In this document: positions 1-14,749 of the stretch, piece after piece | How the letters are laid out: every line of letters begins with the position of its first letter | Position numbering within the stretch: position 1 is the first letter of the stretch | Assembly (NCBI RefSeq): GCF_009914755.1 | Contig: NC_060934.1 | Source: the human T2T-CHM13v2.0 reference genome, Homo sapiens | Direction: 5' to 3' (one strand) | Length of the DNA stretch: 64,000 nucleotides | Notes under the pieces: model-generated | The model's database searches: none | Told to the model about the DNA's origin: nothing | What the model saw: only the letters and a program-made list of their open reading frames with translations | Position numbers and translations under genes: made by a program

Positions 1-29
1 TTACAGGTGTGAACCACTGCGTCTGGCCA

Positions 30-738
<709 letters not shown>

Positions 739-859
739 TGAATATGTTCTGTCCTCTCCCCAGGCATTCTGAACATCGCTTCCTTTGGACCTCACTGTTC
801 TCAGTACATATTCCTACCCTTGCCTCTGTCACTCTACCATTTCCTTAAATTTGCTAATA

Positions 860-966
860 TGCCTGTCACTCCAACTAGATTGTGCTCCTTGAGGGCAAGG
901 ACTATAATCTTACCTGTCTCTATAACTCCAGGTCCAGGAATTCAAAGTGTGTTAAGTGAATGAATT
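860..966 (+). mobile_element. L2 3' end
   Basis: CTAGATTGTGCTCCTTGAGGGCAAGGAC ... GTGAATGAAT terminus. Confidence 0.65.
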
Positions 967-1011
967 GGATACATTTGGTATATATGAACTCCTGTGGGTA
1001 GAAGAGCACAC

Positions 1012-1160
1012 TCTTGGGAGGCTGAGGCAGGAGGATTGCTTCTTTCACTCAGGAAGCAGAGGTTGAAGTGAGCCAAGATGGTACTACGGCACTACAGCCT
1101 GGATGACAGAGAAAAACCCTTCACAAAACAGAACAAAGAAAAAAACAAAACAAGAAAAAG
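1012..1160 (+). mobile_element. 5'-truncated old Alu (right arm only)
   Basis: TTGGGAGGCTGAGGCAGGAGGATTGCTT ... CAGCCTGGATGACAGAG plus an A-rich tail; degenerate TSD GAGCACACTC/GAACACACTC. Confidence 0.85.
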
Positions 1161-2164
1161 GAGAACACACTCAAATTTTACAACTGTTAACCCTGCAAGG
1201 CACATCTGCGGGCGTGTTTTTCTTTTACAAACTGACGAGGAGCTTTGGTCATTATTGGATTTGTGGATAGGTATTGGTTTATTAACAGTCTTGTTGGGCT
1301 TTATACATACCTACTTAAAATAAGTTTATTTCAGGACCTGAATTTTCTCAAATGCTTGAATGCATTGATTAAATAAACCCATGACTGTCAAAACTCCTCT
1401 TTTCCTGCAACTCTATGGAAATTGACCTAGACTCTCATTCAACCCCCAGCAAATTTTGTTCTCATTTGTGCAAAAGCCACTTTTCTCGAACCACACTTGG
1501 GCTCTTTATATCCTCTGATACCTTTGGATGAATAGGTGGAAGATGCTCGTGTGTTTCAGATGTTTTTACCCTTACTGTCTCACTTCCTGGCTCAGACCAA
1601 AATATCTCTGGACTGAAGACAGACCAAGAGCTGACCTAAGAACATCGATCCTGCCCATTTTGGACTACATGGCTTTTTATAGTCATCTCCATCAGCATGA
1701 GCATAATTAAGAGCATCCCTAGACTGAAGAGTGTTTTGTTCTTTCCACAAAATTGCTTAGCTGGACAGAACTTTTTTCTTCCATGTTCTTCAATTGCCTC
1801 AAAAGATTATGGGGGTGGGGTTGGGGGGTGGATCCCTTTCTTAAGAGGAGGAGCAAGACTGTCTTTTTGACCGAGGATGATTTCTCACTATAACATTTAA
1901 TATGCAATTCACTGATTCTAATGAACAAAACTGACATATATTTCCAATGTAATATGAAGATTAGGAATCATCTACTTGAAACTACTTTACACATCTCTAT
2001 TTTGCAAAGGACCCTTCATATCACTTTTAACCACAAAGCCACTGCAGAAGGCCTTGCGTGCCCTCCCCTGCCTCCGCACCCTTGTTTCAGAGTCCAGAGG
2101 TCATATGCAAAGCATTTCGTTTGTGAAATCAAGAATTCTCTTCCCCTCTACTTTAGATATAAAC

Positions 2165-2506
<342 letters not shown>

Positions 2507-2512
2507 TAACTG

Positions 2513-2821
<309 letters not shown>

Positions 2822-2970
2822 TCATTCTGCTGTCAAAATCGATGCGGGGTCAAAACAGAAAAATTTCAGAAGAGAATTTAGAGCTACAGCCTGTGAGAAA
2901 CAGCAAAAAGTGAAAACCAAAGACCTGCTTAGGAAAACCCTCATTGAAGAGATGGGGAGGAAGGGCCTGA

Positions 2971-3394
<424 letters not shown>

Positions 3395-3939
3395 CAAAGT
3401 ACTTTTAGTCAGATAATGTTGGGAAACAAGGGTCAACGTTCAATAAGCAAGGTCAGTCTGATTTCATCATTGCAGACCAGGGAGACTAATTTCCTTATGT
3501 GCATTGTGATTCTCGAGGGAGAACATGTTGTATGGTTTTCTCTAAAGGCATTTGGCCATGTAGCATTTTCTTCCCAGATCAGCTCTTCTTAAGGTTAGTG
3601 TTCCAAGGTGCAAGCTTTGAGAAATGCTGCCTGACAACTTTTACAAAAGTCTAAACCCTGGGTGTGCATGTTAATTCGTATTTCTCTATCCACACCTGGG
3701 AACCCGCCTCTCAAAGCAGTCACTTCCAAGAAGGAGGAATGTTTGTGCTGTGTAGGGCATCTGTGGTTTAATTCAGGGAATTGTCACCATGCTATTTGGC
3801 CAAAGCTAAGCCACATCCTCTAATATAGCTTTTTCAGTAATAAAGATGATATTTTTATTTCCATTTGTCTAAATACTTTGTCCTCAATTTGTTCAAAACT
3901 CAGGCAGAATTTCTTTTCTGGAATCAAAATTCCAACAGG

Positions 3940-4219
3940 GACTGGGCATGGTGGTTCACGCCTGTAATTCCAGCACTTTGAGAGGCCGAGGCATGTGGGT
4001 CACTTGAGGTTGGGAGATGAAGGCCAGTCTGGCCAACAGGGTGAAGCCCCATCTCTATTAAAACTACAAAAATTAGCTCGGTGTGGTGGTGTATGCCTGT
4101 AATCCCAGCTACTCCAGAGGCTGAGGCAAGAGAATCGCCTGAACCCAGGAGGTGGAGGTTGCAGTTGAGCCAAGATCATGCCACTGCACTCCAGCCTGTG
4201 CAACAGAGTGAGACTCCAC

Positions 4220-4250
<31 letters not shown>
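3940..4250 (+). mobile_element. AluS
   Basis: Full Alu with ~30-nt poly-A; TSD AAAATTCCAACAGG. Confidence 0.95.
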
Positions 4251-4253
<3 letters not shown>

Positions 4254-4466
4254 CCAACAGGGACCATGAAGCTGGGGTTCCTCTGGACACATTTTGAAAA
4301 CCACTGCTGGAGGCTTATGCAATGCCAGAATGGAGATTTTTGCCATTTGCCGGTAAAAGAAGCTGCGTGAGGCTTCCTGCCAGGTCTCTGACCCCGTGTG
4401 GAGGTAAAAGAAAATGATGCAAACAAAAGCAAAGAAACAACAAGATCAAATTAAGAACTGATGGAG

Positions 4467-4773
4467 GGCTGGGTTTGGTGGCTTACACCTGTAATCCCAG
4501 CACTTTGGAAGGTTGAGGCAGGTGGATCACTTGAGACCAGGAGTTCAAGATCAGCCTGGCCAACATGGTGAAACCTTGTCTCTACTAAAAATACAAAAAT
4601 TAGCCAGGCGTGGTGGTGTGCACTTGTAATCCCAGCCACTCAGGTGGCCAAGGCATGAGAAATGGTTGAACCCAGGAGGCAGAGGTTGCAGCTAGCCGAG
4701 ATTGTGCCACTGCACTCCAGCCTGGGCAACAGAGTGAGACTCCATCTCAAAAAAAAAAAAAAAAAAAAAAAAA
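4467..4773 (+). mobile_element. AluS (host of the next Alu)
   Basis: Full Alu; its TSD AAGAA(C)TGATGGAG lies at 4453-4466 and 5116-5128. Confidence 0.93.
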
Positions 4774-4781
4774 TGAAAACA

Positions 4782-5190
<409 letters not shown>

Positions 5191-6064
5191 CTAGGGAGAG
5201 GGGAAGTCACTGAGAGGCGGATAGGTAGGCAGGACTTGATGCCCGATGGCTCTGGGGCAGAGGGCGGAGGGGAGCTGAGGAAGATGTCCAGGTGGCTGAC
5301 TTGGATGACTGTGTGGATGGAGCTACATGAGGAGGAATGGAGGGGGAAGGAAGGTTGTAATTTTGATCTGAACTCCGTGTCCTCAACTCTTAGGGAGAGA
5401 GGAGGAGGGGAAGCAGTACTATTGGCAATTAGTAGGAAGAGGGAAATTATGAGTACAGTGTGAGGCTTTTGAAAGGAAATCCTCTCTGGGGTTGGGGTGG
5501 AAAATTACTAAGGTGAAAAACTTGCCTAGGGAAGCTTTAAGCTTTCTCTCTAGGGGGCTGCTTTACTTCACTTCCCTTCCAGACTCACAGCTTGGGAGGT
5601 GAGATGGGCAGCTTCTCAAGTAAGAAGAGCATTCCAATTCAAGGGGTGCTTTGTCAACTTAAGTTTCCAATTGCCATTCTGTTGTCCACATGTGTCATGT
5701 TTCTTTAAGTTATTGGGAGTAGATCTGTAGGGGCTGATCCCCCTGGGCCTGCAGGAGCTGGAATATCTGAGACTTTGTCTCACTGACTTCAGCAGGTTAT
5801 ATCCATGAGAAGCCTTGGTTAGTGGGATCGGCCTTCCTCTAATTTCTGCACTGTCTCCCTCAAGGAGGAGCTGTAAAGATCACGTGAGATAACAAACATA
5901 GTGCACCAAATGTATTGACTGGCACTTGGCCGGTGCTGCCCGCACTAGATCTTCTTTTAATATCCATAGCCCGCAAAATGCCAGATCTTGAAAAAGGCCA
6001 TCCTGGTGGCTTAAAGCACTGACCTACTTGGGTGTGACTCCTGGGGATAATAATCCCACCATCA

Positions 6065-6419
<355 letters not shown>

Positions 6420-6743
6420 GCCAAGTGCAGCAGCTGGCACCTAGCAGTACATCACAGTGGCCATTACATTATAATTATTCTCATCAATCCAAAAGAGACT
6501 GGAGAAGGTGTGACTTCAGATGTGATAGACCAAGGCTTCACTCTATCCCAGAATATTCAAAAACAAAATGCCACAAAACACTTTTCCCATTAAAAAAAAC
6601 TCCAATTGCCTTATTCACATATCATCCTTCAGAATCTATAAACAGTTCGTATTGTGGGCTGTGCATCAGCTGATCACTCACACTTTGCAAGGCTGCTCAG
6701 GAATATTCGGTAAACTCATCTTAGGGCCCAGTGGGCTGTAAGG

Positions 6744-7171
6744 TATAGTGAGTTAAATGGTGGCCTCCAGAAAGATATGTCCAACTCCTAACTTCTGGTC
6801 CCTATAAATGTGACTTTATTTGGAAAAAGGGTCTTTGCAGATATAGTTAAGGATCTAGATCATCCTGGATTAAATAGATGACAAGTGATGAGAGAGGAGA
6901 GGAGAAGACACAGGGACAAGAGGAGACGGTCATGTGAAGATGGAGGCAGGACTGGAGTTGTGCAGCCACTAGCCAAGGAATATCTGGAGCCACCAGAAGC
7001 TGGAGGAAGCAAAGAATAATCTTCCCACAGAGGCTTAGGAGGGAGCATGGCCTTCTGATGCCTTGATTTCAGGCTTCCGGCCTCCAGAACTGTGAGATAA
7101 TAAGTTTCTGTTGTTCTAAGCCACCCAGTTTGTGGCAGTTTGTTACAACAGCCGTGGTTAGCTAATTTACA
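6744..7171 (+). mobile_element. MaLR LTR MLT1B/MLT1C-like
   Basis: TGTGACTTTATTTGGAAAAAGGGTCTTTGCAGAT, CCACCAGAAGCTGGAGGAAGCAA, GGCCTCCAGAACTGTGAGA, CTAAGCCACCCAGTTTGTGGCAGTTTGTTAC; appears inserted in an older antisense MLT1 relic (about 6720-7650). Confidence 0.85.
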
Positions 7172-8214
7172 AGGAACAGAAACACACTTAAACTAACTTT
7201 GAGAACCAAAAAGGTGGAGGAAGGGCACTTTCTAGGAGGACTCGAGGGAATATTATGAATTCCAAGCACAGGAAGTTCAGGCTGGCCTCATAATGGACAA
7301 GGCTCAGAACCTAGACAGTTGGGAATGGGGTGGCTGTCATGACACCTGATCATTCCTCGTTTGTCATTTCTCTCTCTCTATGCCTGCAGGCTGGCTCTCT
7401 TTGGTTCCTCACTCATGGGGCCAGTCCAGGCACCTTGAACCTGACCTGTCTTCACATCCCATTTCAAGTGCCTAAGAGAAAGGCATATGGCTCTGTGGCC
7501 TGATTCCAAATTCCAGGGAGAGAAACTCACTCAACCTTGGTCCAATCAACTCTTGCTAAGGGATGAGCTCTTGTGTCTGGAGGCCTTTGTCCAAGGGTAT
7601 CTGTTGCTGTCAGATACCCTTGGAAGTTCCTACTTGAGGGCCAAAGATAATTTTGAAGGGCAGAAAACCAGCCAGCTAAGTTCCATTCAGCCACCAACTT
7701 GACAGGTCAGGGAGAATCTAACCTTCTTTTCAAATCTTCCTTCCTGCTTTAGAAAATGTCCTTAGCCTTCTAACTTTCTGTCTCTGCCAACTCTTCCCTT
7801 TGATATAACCGCATCATATTACTGAGAAGGAAAAAGCAGAAAAGCCATCCATTTAGATTTTCTTTCTGTTCTAAGCATGAAGTTAATCCACTGGAACAAA
7901 AACATTATTGATTTTTATCTGTTATAGTCTTCTCCCTGAAACAACAAATGTGTACTACTATTGGTATAATATTTGGCTTGTTTTGGATGTAGACCTTAAT
8001 AAAAATTACGGTTCATTATTTTTTCATATTGCCTTTGCATGGCTCCTTTAGACTCAGTGGCACATGACACATTTGGAAGTTGAAAGACTTTATATTTGAC
8101 TATAATGCTTTTGATCAACAGAGCAAAGCCTGAAACAAAACCCAAAGCCAAACCAGGCAGGGGTGTGGGGACAACAGGAGAAACAGGTTCTGGGGAGAGT
8201 CCCTTTCCTTGATG

Positions 8215-8592
8215 TTCATTCAAAAATCAGTGAGAGTTTGTTGAGTGCATAACTAAGTTCTGGGCATTTAGCTAAAGATAGGATTACAGAGGTGAAAAAG
8301 CTGGACTTCTATTTCCCACATGGAGCTTATAGCCGAGGGAGAGGCAGGCAGAGATAAAGGAAAATGATGCAAATAAATGCATATTTGCAAGCTTTAACAA
8401 AGGCTATGGAGGAACAGTGCTTTGGCACGATGAGAGTGAGTATGAGCAACTCGGGCAACCAGCCTGAGGGGGCAGGGAAGGCTTCTCTGAGGAAGGCTAT
8501 TTCCTTGAGATCTGAAGGGTGAGTAGGTGTTTAAGTGGGTGAAGTGGAGAGGTAGAGGTTGGGAGGTGGGGCATCTTCCAGACAAAGGGAAC
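8215..8592 (-). mobile_element. L2 3' fragment
   Basis: TTCATTCAA ... TTGAGTGC ... GGAGCTTATAG ... GGGAAGGCTTCTCTGAGGAAG ... GAGATCTGAAGG. Confidence 0.8.
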
Positions 8593-8648
8593 TTTGAGTA
8601 TAGATATTCATTATGCCATTCCTGTAGGAACCCATAAAATGTAAATCT

Positions 8649-8669
8649 ACACACACACACACACACACA
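8649..8669. repeat. (AC)n microsatellite
   Basis: About 10 AC units. Confidence 0.9.
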
Positions 8670-9010
8670 GACCCACAGAATCATGGAGGAATGAGCCATC
8701 AGGCAGCTGTGCTCTGCTTTTTTTGCCATCTGCAGGTAGAAGAGGCTACTTGAGGCTTTCTGCCAGGCCTCTGACCCCATGTGAATCTCCCTGGATCATT
8801 TTAAGAGGATCCTGAAATCCTTGGTCCTGTGGAGTACCCCCAGGGCTCTCCCTGTGTCAGCCTCAACTACAGTGTATCAAGGAGCTCTCAAAAGAGCCTC
8901 AGCAAACAGAAAACAGGACACTTTATCAGAAAGAAAATTAATTTGGAGCTGTCTTTAGTTTTACCGTGTCTCTAAAGGGAGAAGATGGGATTCTTTGGGC
9001 ATAAGGAGAC

Positions 9011-9210
9011 GCCCACCTGGAATCTTCCCATCTGAGCTCTACCCATTGAGGTCTGCCCATCTGAGAGCTGCTCAGTGAGGTCTGCCCATCTGAAAGCTAC
9101 CCATGGAGGTCTGCCCGTCTGCCAGCCCAGCTGAGGGTTGCCCATCAAGATCTGCTTATCTGAAATCTGCCCATCTGAGGTCTGCCAGCCCTTCTGAGAA
9201 GGCCACCTGG
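9011..9210. repeat. Degenerate minisatellite of 14/15-bp monomers forming a 29-bp dimer (TCTGCCCATCTGAGA-GCTACCCATTGAGG)
   Basis: CATCTG or CGTCTG recurs at 9029, 9058, 9087 and 9116 (exact 29-bp period); about 13 monomers. Confidence 0.85.
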
Positions 9211-9364
9211 AGGAATAAGTTTATCATCCCAGGAGCAGGAATCAACGTGGGATAAAATAGAGGACATGAGCAGAGGGCACCTGGCTTCTCCCCAGGACAC
9301 CTTCTTGGCCGTTTCTAATGAACTGCTCCTTTCTGTGTGTCGCAGGACTTGGGGTGCACCTCTC

Positions 9365-9520
9365 TATCACAGCCTGCTATATAATGCTTTACCTACCTGT
9401 CTGTCTCCCCAAATAGTTGCTGGGTTCCTTGAGGGACTATATCTTTTTCAGTTTCTGTTCCATGCCTACTGTCTGGTATCTACATGATCAGCATTCAATC
9501 AATATTTCTTAAAGGCAGGA
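9365..9520 (+). mobile_element. L2 3' end
   Basis: CTGTCTGTCTCCCC ... TTCCTTGAGGGAC ... TTCAATCAATATTT. Confidence 0.65.
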
Positions 9521-9539
9521 ATACATTAATTATTAATTT

Positions 9540-10624
9540 TTACTCTGCTATCAGTCCCCAGGCATTTTGGGGCTGAACAGTGTTACTTAAAAATAGGTAA
9601 ATGGGATTAAATTAATGGTATTATTCACATGGCCTTGCACATAGCTCAATCATGACATGTCGAATGGGCGGTTATCAATATCTCTGTGTTAATCCTCTGA
9701 AACTTACATGTAGCACAATTTATTTCTTAATGGCATTGATTTTGTAACAAGGCAGCATTTTGGGGGAGCATTCACACATCCCTAAGCTGATTATTTCAGT
9801 GAGTCAGAGATCTTTTCAATTACCATTCTCTTTGTACATAAGAGTCTATATTTCTGCCCCCTCATTAAAGAAAGGATGTTGGTCCTTTGGTTGGCACCAA
9901 CCGTTGTAGGTCAGGACAATTTTTTATTTTTATTTTTTGTATTCAGGAAACAAAGGCTAAAAGTCCTTCAGCAATGGCAGTTGAGGTTTCTGTATCTCCT
10001 CCTTACATAATGAGTCCTGCCAGTTAGGACTGCACGAGGTGGGAGGAGGTGGCAGCTAGCCAGGAAGGCCTGTGGCATTTTGATAAACAGACATCAATAT
10101 TTATCAGAGCTGCTCCGGTGTGCTTCCTTGGCTGCAGGAACAGGGAGCCCTCCCTGGGCTTGTATATTGTTTTCTCTGTATGAGATAAATGTTTGGGGCC
10201 ATTAAAGAAAAAAAAATGTTTGTACTCTGCTCCCCAGTTACCTAAGCTAATTTACCTCACTAGGAGGTCTTGTAGTTCATTAATAATATACAAATACAAA
10301 TCAAGGGAAGAAATTGCCTTGTTAATTGACTTTTGCGATGGTAATCTAAGACTCATTGACTTTAAACATTGCCCAACAACTGTGTTTATACCACACTGGA
10401 AGGATCAACTTTGGAGAATGCAGAAAGCTACCCAAAGCAGATACTTGAAATCATTGCTGCTTGGCTTTGTAAACAGACACCCATCTCCATTTGTTCTCTT
10501 TAGGCATCTGGAGGTAGAAGACAGAAAAGAGACTAAGAGCGGGGAATAGACTCAACCATTCTAGAATACAGCCCGGATGTGTTACAGGATCCTGCCCTGG
10601 AGTCCTCGCGCAATCAATGTTTAT
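9540..10624. promoter_or_regulatory. Candidate enhancer (FOX/GATA/ONECUT/HNF1-type motif cluster)
   Basis: About 1.1 kb with no repeat I recognise; multiple TGTTTRY/RTAAACA, WGATAA, ATCAAT and GTTAAT motifs. Motif evidence only. Confidence 0.45.
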
Positions 10625-10752
10625 GCTGTGCTCTGCTGGGCTGTGCTGGGCTGGCCTGGGCTGTGCTGTGCTGTGCTGTGCTGTGCTGTGCTGTGCTGTG
10701 CTGTGCTGGGCTGTGCTGGGTTGTGCTAGGCGGTACTAGGTGTTGCTAGGCT
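10625..10752. repeat. (CTGTG/CTGGG)n pentanucleotide repeat
   Basis: Nine pure CTGTG units at 10661-10705 with degenerate CTGGG/CTAGG flanks; about 25 units in total. Confidence 0.95.
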
Positions 10753-11497
10753 CCTGCCCCATCACAAATGGTTGCAACAAGATTGATTAGAAAGGGTACC
10801 ATTAGATTCAGCTGACTGGTTCAATTAGGAGAAAGGTTCATCACTCTTAACACATCAAATCTCCCCCTATGTCAGTCTTTCACTGACATCAGGGGCTGGG
10901 CTTCTGTCTCCTCTTCTCTTCTCTGATCATTGCCTGTGCAGAAGACATGGAACTTTTGTCTGTTCATTAATAGAGTCCAGTGGTAAGTTTTCCCAGGCCA
11001 GCCCTGGTGGTCAAATGCTCTGGATTCGATGCCTATCCATTCTCTCCTCACCCTGCAACCACCGGTCCCCCATTCCTACAAGTCTGGAGCTGGTTTCAAG
11101 TTCATGAATGTGACCTAGAGAGTAGCAACCTCCCAGCCTCCGGCATAACCCATGTTCTCTCTGACTCTGCTTGGGCCACGTGGATAATAAATCTGGCTCC
11201 TCCTTGAAGCAGCCACTCACCCATCAGCATGGGCAGCCATGCAAATTTTCCTGCAGATTTCACAGGGGAGACAGAGCAGTTTGTAAGTTGCATGCTCCAC
11301 AGCACACAGCCTTAATCCCCTTGTTTGATTTTTAAAATTCTCCCCAAGGCGCACCTTGATTGCTTTGCCTCTGGGACTCTTCCTTTCTGACCTGGCCCTT
11401 TGACATCTTTTAATTCCTCTCATTCATGCCTTTCTTGATTAAAAGAAGAAGAGAAAAAAAGCTAGATCTGGAGTGTGAAGCTTGAGATTCTTTTTTT

Positions 11498-11566
11498 CTG
11501 TTCTGTAAAATGGGGATGATAATAATTCCTACCTCATAAGGTGAGAGGGAGAATTAAATGAGAATT
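11498..11566 (+). mobile_element. MIR core fragment
   Basis: CTGTAAAATGGGGATGATAATAATTCCTACCTCATAAGG. Confidence 0.8.
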
Positions 11567-11585
11567 AAGTAAATATAAACTCTAA

Positions 11586-11828
11586 AGTAATGTTTTGCAA
11601 ATATGACCCATGAAATCAATTTAATGGGTTGCTACCTGCATTAACATGAAGTAAAAAAGAATAGAAAATATCAGAGTGTATTGCATGTAGTAAGCATAAG
11701 TTTTGTGAGTCTTTTCTTCTGATTTTGTATGTGTATGTGCATGTGTGTGTATGTGTGTGTGACCACTGGCAATGTAAAATGGACTCTGCTGTGAGTTATG
11801 GTAAAAAAAAAAAGTTTGAAAAACATTT
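11586..11828. mobile_element. hAT-Charlie relic (Charlie4-like)
   Basis: CCATGAAATCAATTTAATGGGTTGC and terminal AGTTTGAAAAACA resemble remembered Charlie4-type ends. Confidence 0.45.
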
Positions 11829-12040
11829 CTCTAAGAGTTACATGGTTTAGGTATTTGTCGTTAAAATTTGTCTTCAGCTTTGAAGTTGAAAGATCATTGT
11901 TGAAAAGATCAGAGATCCTCATTTACCCCCATTTAGGAGATGACGTGACCTCACACAAAAGACACAATCTGGCAGCCTGGGGATCTAATTCTGTTCAGGC
12001 AATTTTTATTAGCTCACAAACGTTTATTTTAAAAATTTGA

Positions 12041-12338
<298 letters not shown>

Positions 12339-12574
12339 TTAGTATCATTTGAAAAGCAGGAGGTTGGATATAAACATCTAGATTTTTCATTTCTCATGGA
12401 AATTTGGAGATTTGGCCACATCATGTATCTTTCCTCATTTATCTCCTGTCTGGGCTCTGGAAACTTGCCAGGCTTTGACTCTTGGATGACTGTATGGGGC
12501 ACAGTTCCTGCTCCTTCCTTGCCCTGGAATCTTTCTCAATCAATGTTTGTTTTAAAGAATCACAAAGCTGGAAC

Positions 12575-12730
12575 GTCCCTACAGGTTCTCTGGGTTCAAA
12601 CCCTCATTTGTCAGTGGAGGAAAGAGGATTAGGGAGGAGGAGGTGACTTACCCTATGTCATGTGGATCACCAGTGATGTGGGTGGGAAAAGAGCCCAGGT
12701 CTTCTTCCTCCTGGTTTAGTGCCCCTGTTC
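12575..12730 (-). mobile_element. MIR
   Basis: CCCTCATTTGTCAG ... GGTGACTTACCC ... GAGCCCAGGTCTTCT. Confidence 0.6.
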
Positions 12731-13321
12731 AGCCCTTGGGGACAAGTGGCCATCATCCTCCTCCTAAAAATTGAGACCTTCTTAAGAGATGTGTTTGATT
12801 CACCTCAAAGGTCATCAGCCCTTACTTTTCTTTCCTGTCTCAGCCAAGGCAAATGTTTACCTTGCAAAAGTGGAATTAGATCCAGAGTGGTTCCTCTTGG
12901 CTTACATGGTATTTAAATGTCTCTGTCTTTGTCCTCTGTGACTTTTCCTCATGGCCTTGCTGTGGTTGCAGCTGTTTTAAGAGATGCCTGCACAAAGTCA
13001 TTCACCTAAGTGGGAGTTCAAAAAGGACACTTATTTTCAATGTTGGCTGGTTACTTTTTTAAAGCCTTTTACCGCAAGGTAGAGGAAAAACAGCTTGGGG
13101 TGCATTTTTTGTCAAGCATGGTCACAGATAATACCAGTATTAACAGTTTGACATATGTGTAATCCCCTGACTGTCCCAGAGAAAAGGTGCGGGGTAGCAG
13201 CCATGAGCCATTTGCAGAGGGGGATGCCACACTGCACTGGGCACTGGGCCAGGATTAGCCGATATTTTCAATTGTTTTAATTTTTTAAAATTTATTTTGC
13301 ATTAGAAAATAGCCAAGCATA

Positions 13322-13634
<313 letters not shown>

Positions 13635-14010
13635 AAATAGCCAAGCATACACAAGAGCAGACAAGATGGTAAAATGAACCTCCATACATCTATCACTCAG
13701 GGACTCAGCATTTATCAAGATTTTGCTACATTTGCTTTCTAGTCTCGTTTTTAACTTTTACTTTGATGTATAATTTGTACACAGTAAAATTCATCAACCA
13801 ATTTAAAGTGTATGGTTTGATGAATTTTTAAACTTTTATTATTTTGAAATAATTTCATACTTACAGAAAGTTGTAAAATAATACAAAGAATTTCCATATA
13901 CCCTTCACTAAGATTCCCCAAGTGTTAACATTTTATCATTCTTGTTTTTATCATTACTCATCAAACTTTATCCACATACACATTGTTAATATTTTTCTGA
14001 ATACACACAC

Positions 14011-14749
14011 TGTTAAAAAAACAATTATGCCAGGTGCAGTGGCTCACACCTGTTATCCCAATACTTTGGGAGGCTAAGGTGGGAGGATCACTTGAGCACG
14101 GGAGTTCAAGACCAGCCTAGGCAACATAGTGAGACCTTGTGTCTACTGAAAAAGAAAAAGTAGCCAGGCGTGGAGGCTGAAGTGGGAGGATCACTTGAGC
14201 CTGGGTGATGGAGGCTGCAGTAAGCTATGGTTGTGCCACTTCACTCTAGCCTGGATGACAGAGTGAGACCTTGTCTTAAAAAAAAGAAAGAAAGAAAGAA
14301 AGAAAGAAATAATTATTCAATGATACTTGTCAAAACACACTAAGGAACACTTTATTCAGGACCATAGGTATAGGGGCCACTGTAACAGGGTCTTGCAGTG
14401 AGAGAGAGAGATTGAACTTAATTCTGAATACAACATGGGCAGGTGGGAGTTTACAGCCCAGAAGCACTGTGGGGTCAATGGATGGAAAATTACTAAGAGG
14501 AAACAGCAAGGGTAAGGGAGATTCTAGCTAAACGAACCTAACACTATTCTTGCTAAAGATAGGCCAACTTGATCAGACATCACCTGCGGAATGCTGGAGG
14601 TTGGTCAGATGTCAAGGATAGGGGTTTCTTGCTAAACTGACTTAGTGAGGTTCTTTGCTAAAACTGGACCTTATAGGAAGCACACAGATGGGCCTAGGAG
14701 GAGAATCAGAAGCCTGAATAAAGTTTGGCTAAGCAAAGAATCTTTGTCA
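14011..14749 (-). mobile_element. ERV1 LTR MER31-like, with an Alu inside
   Basis: Reverse complement begins TGACAAAGATTCTTTGCTTAGCCAAACTTTATTCAGGCTTCTGA and contains CCTAGGCCCATCTGTG; near-TSD ACAC/ACAT. Confidence 0.8.
14029..14308 (+). mobile_element. AluJ with internal deletion and (GAAA)n tail
   Basis: GGAGGATCACTTGAGC in both arms; the right arm jumps from GCGTGG to AGGCTGA. Confidence 0.9.

Noticed and set aside
9011-9210. Regularly spaced repeats as a CRISPR-like array
   Set aside because: Head-to-tail related monomers with no unique spacers, in eukaryotic DNA with no cas genes.
10625-10752. Resemblance of GGGCT/TGCTG pentamers to immunoglobulin switch regions
   Set aside because: Only about 130 bp, lacks the GAGCT/AGCT palindromes, and no immunoglobulin constant exons are nearby.
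11469-11478. TGGAGTGTGA equals the first 10 nt of miR-122
   Set aside because: It continues AGCTT rather than CAATGGTGTTTG and has no hairpin partner; a chance match.
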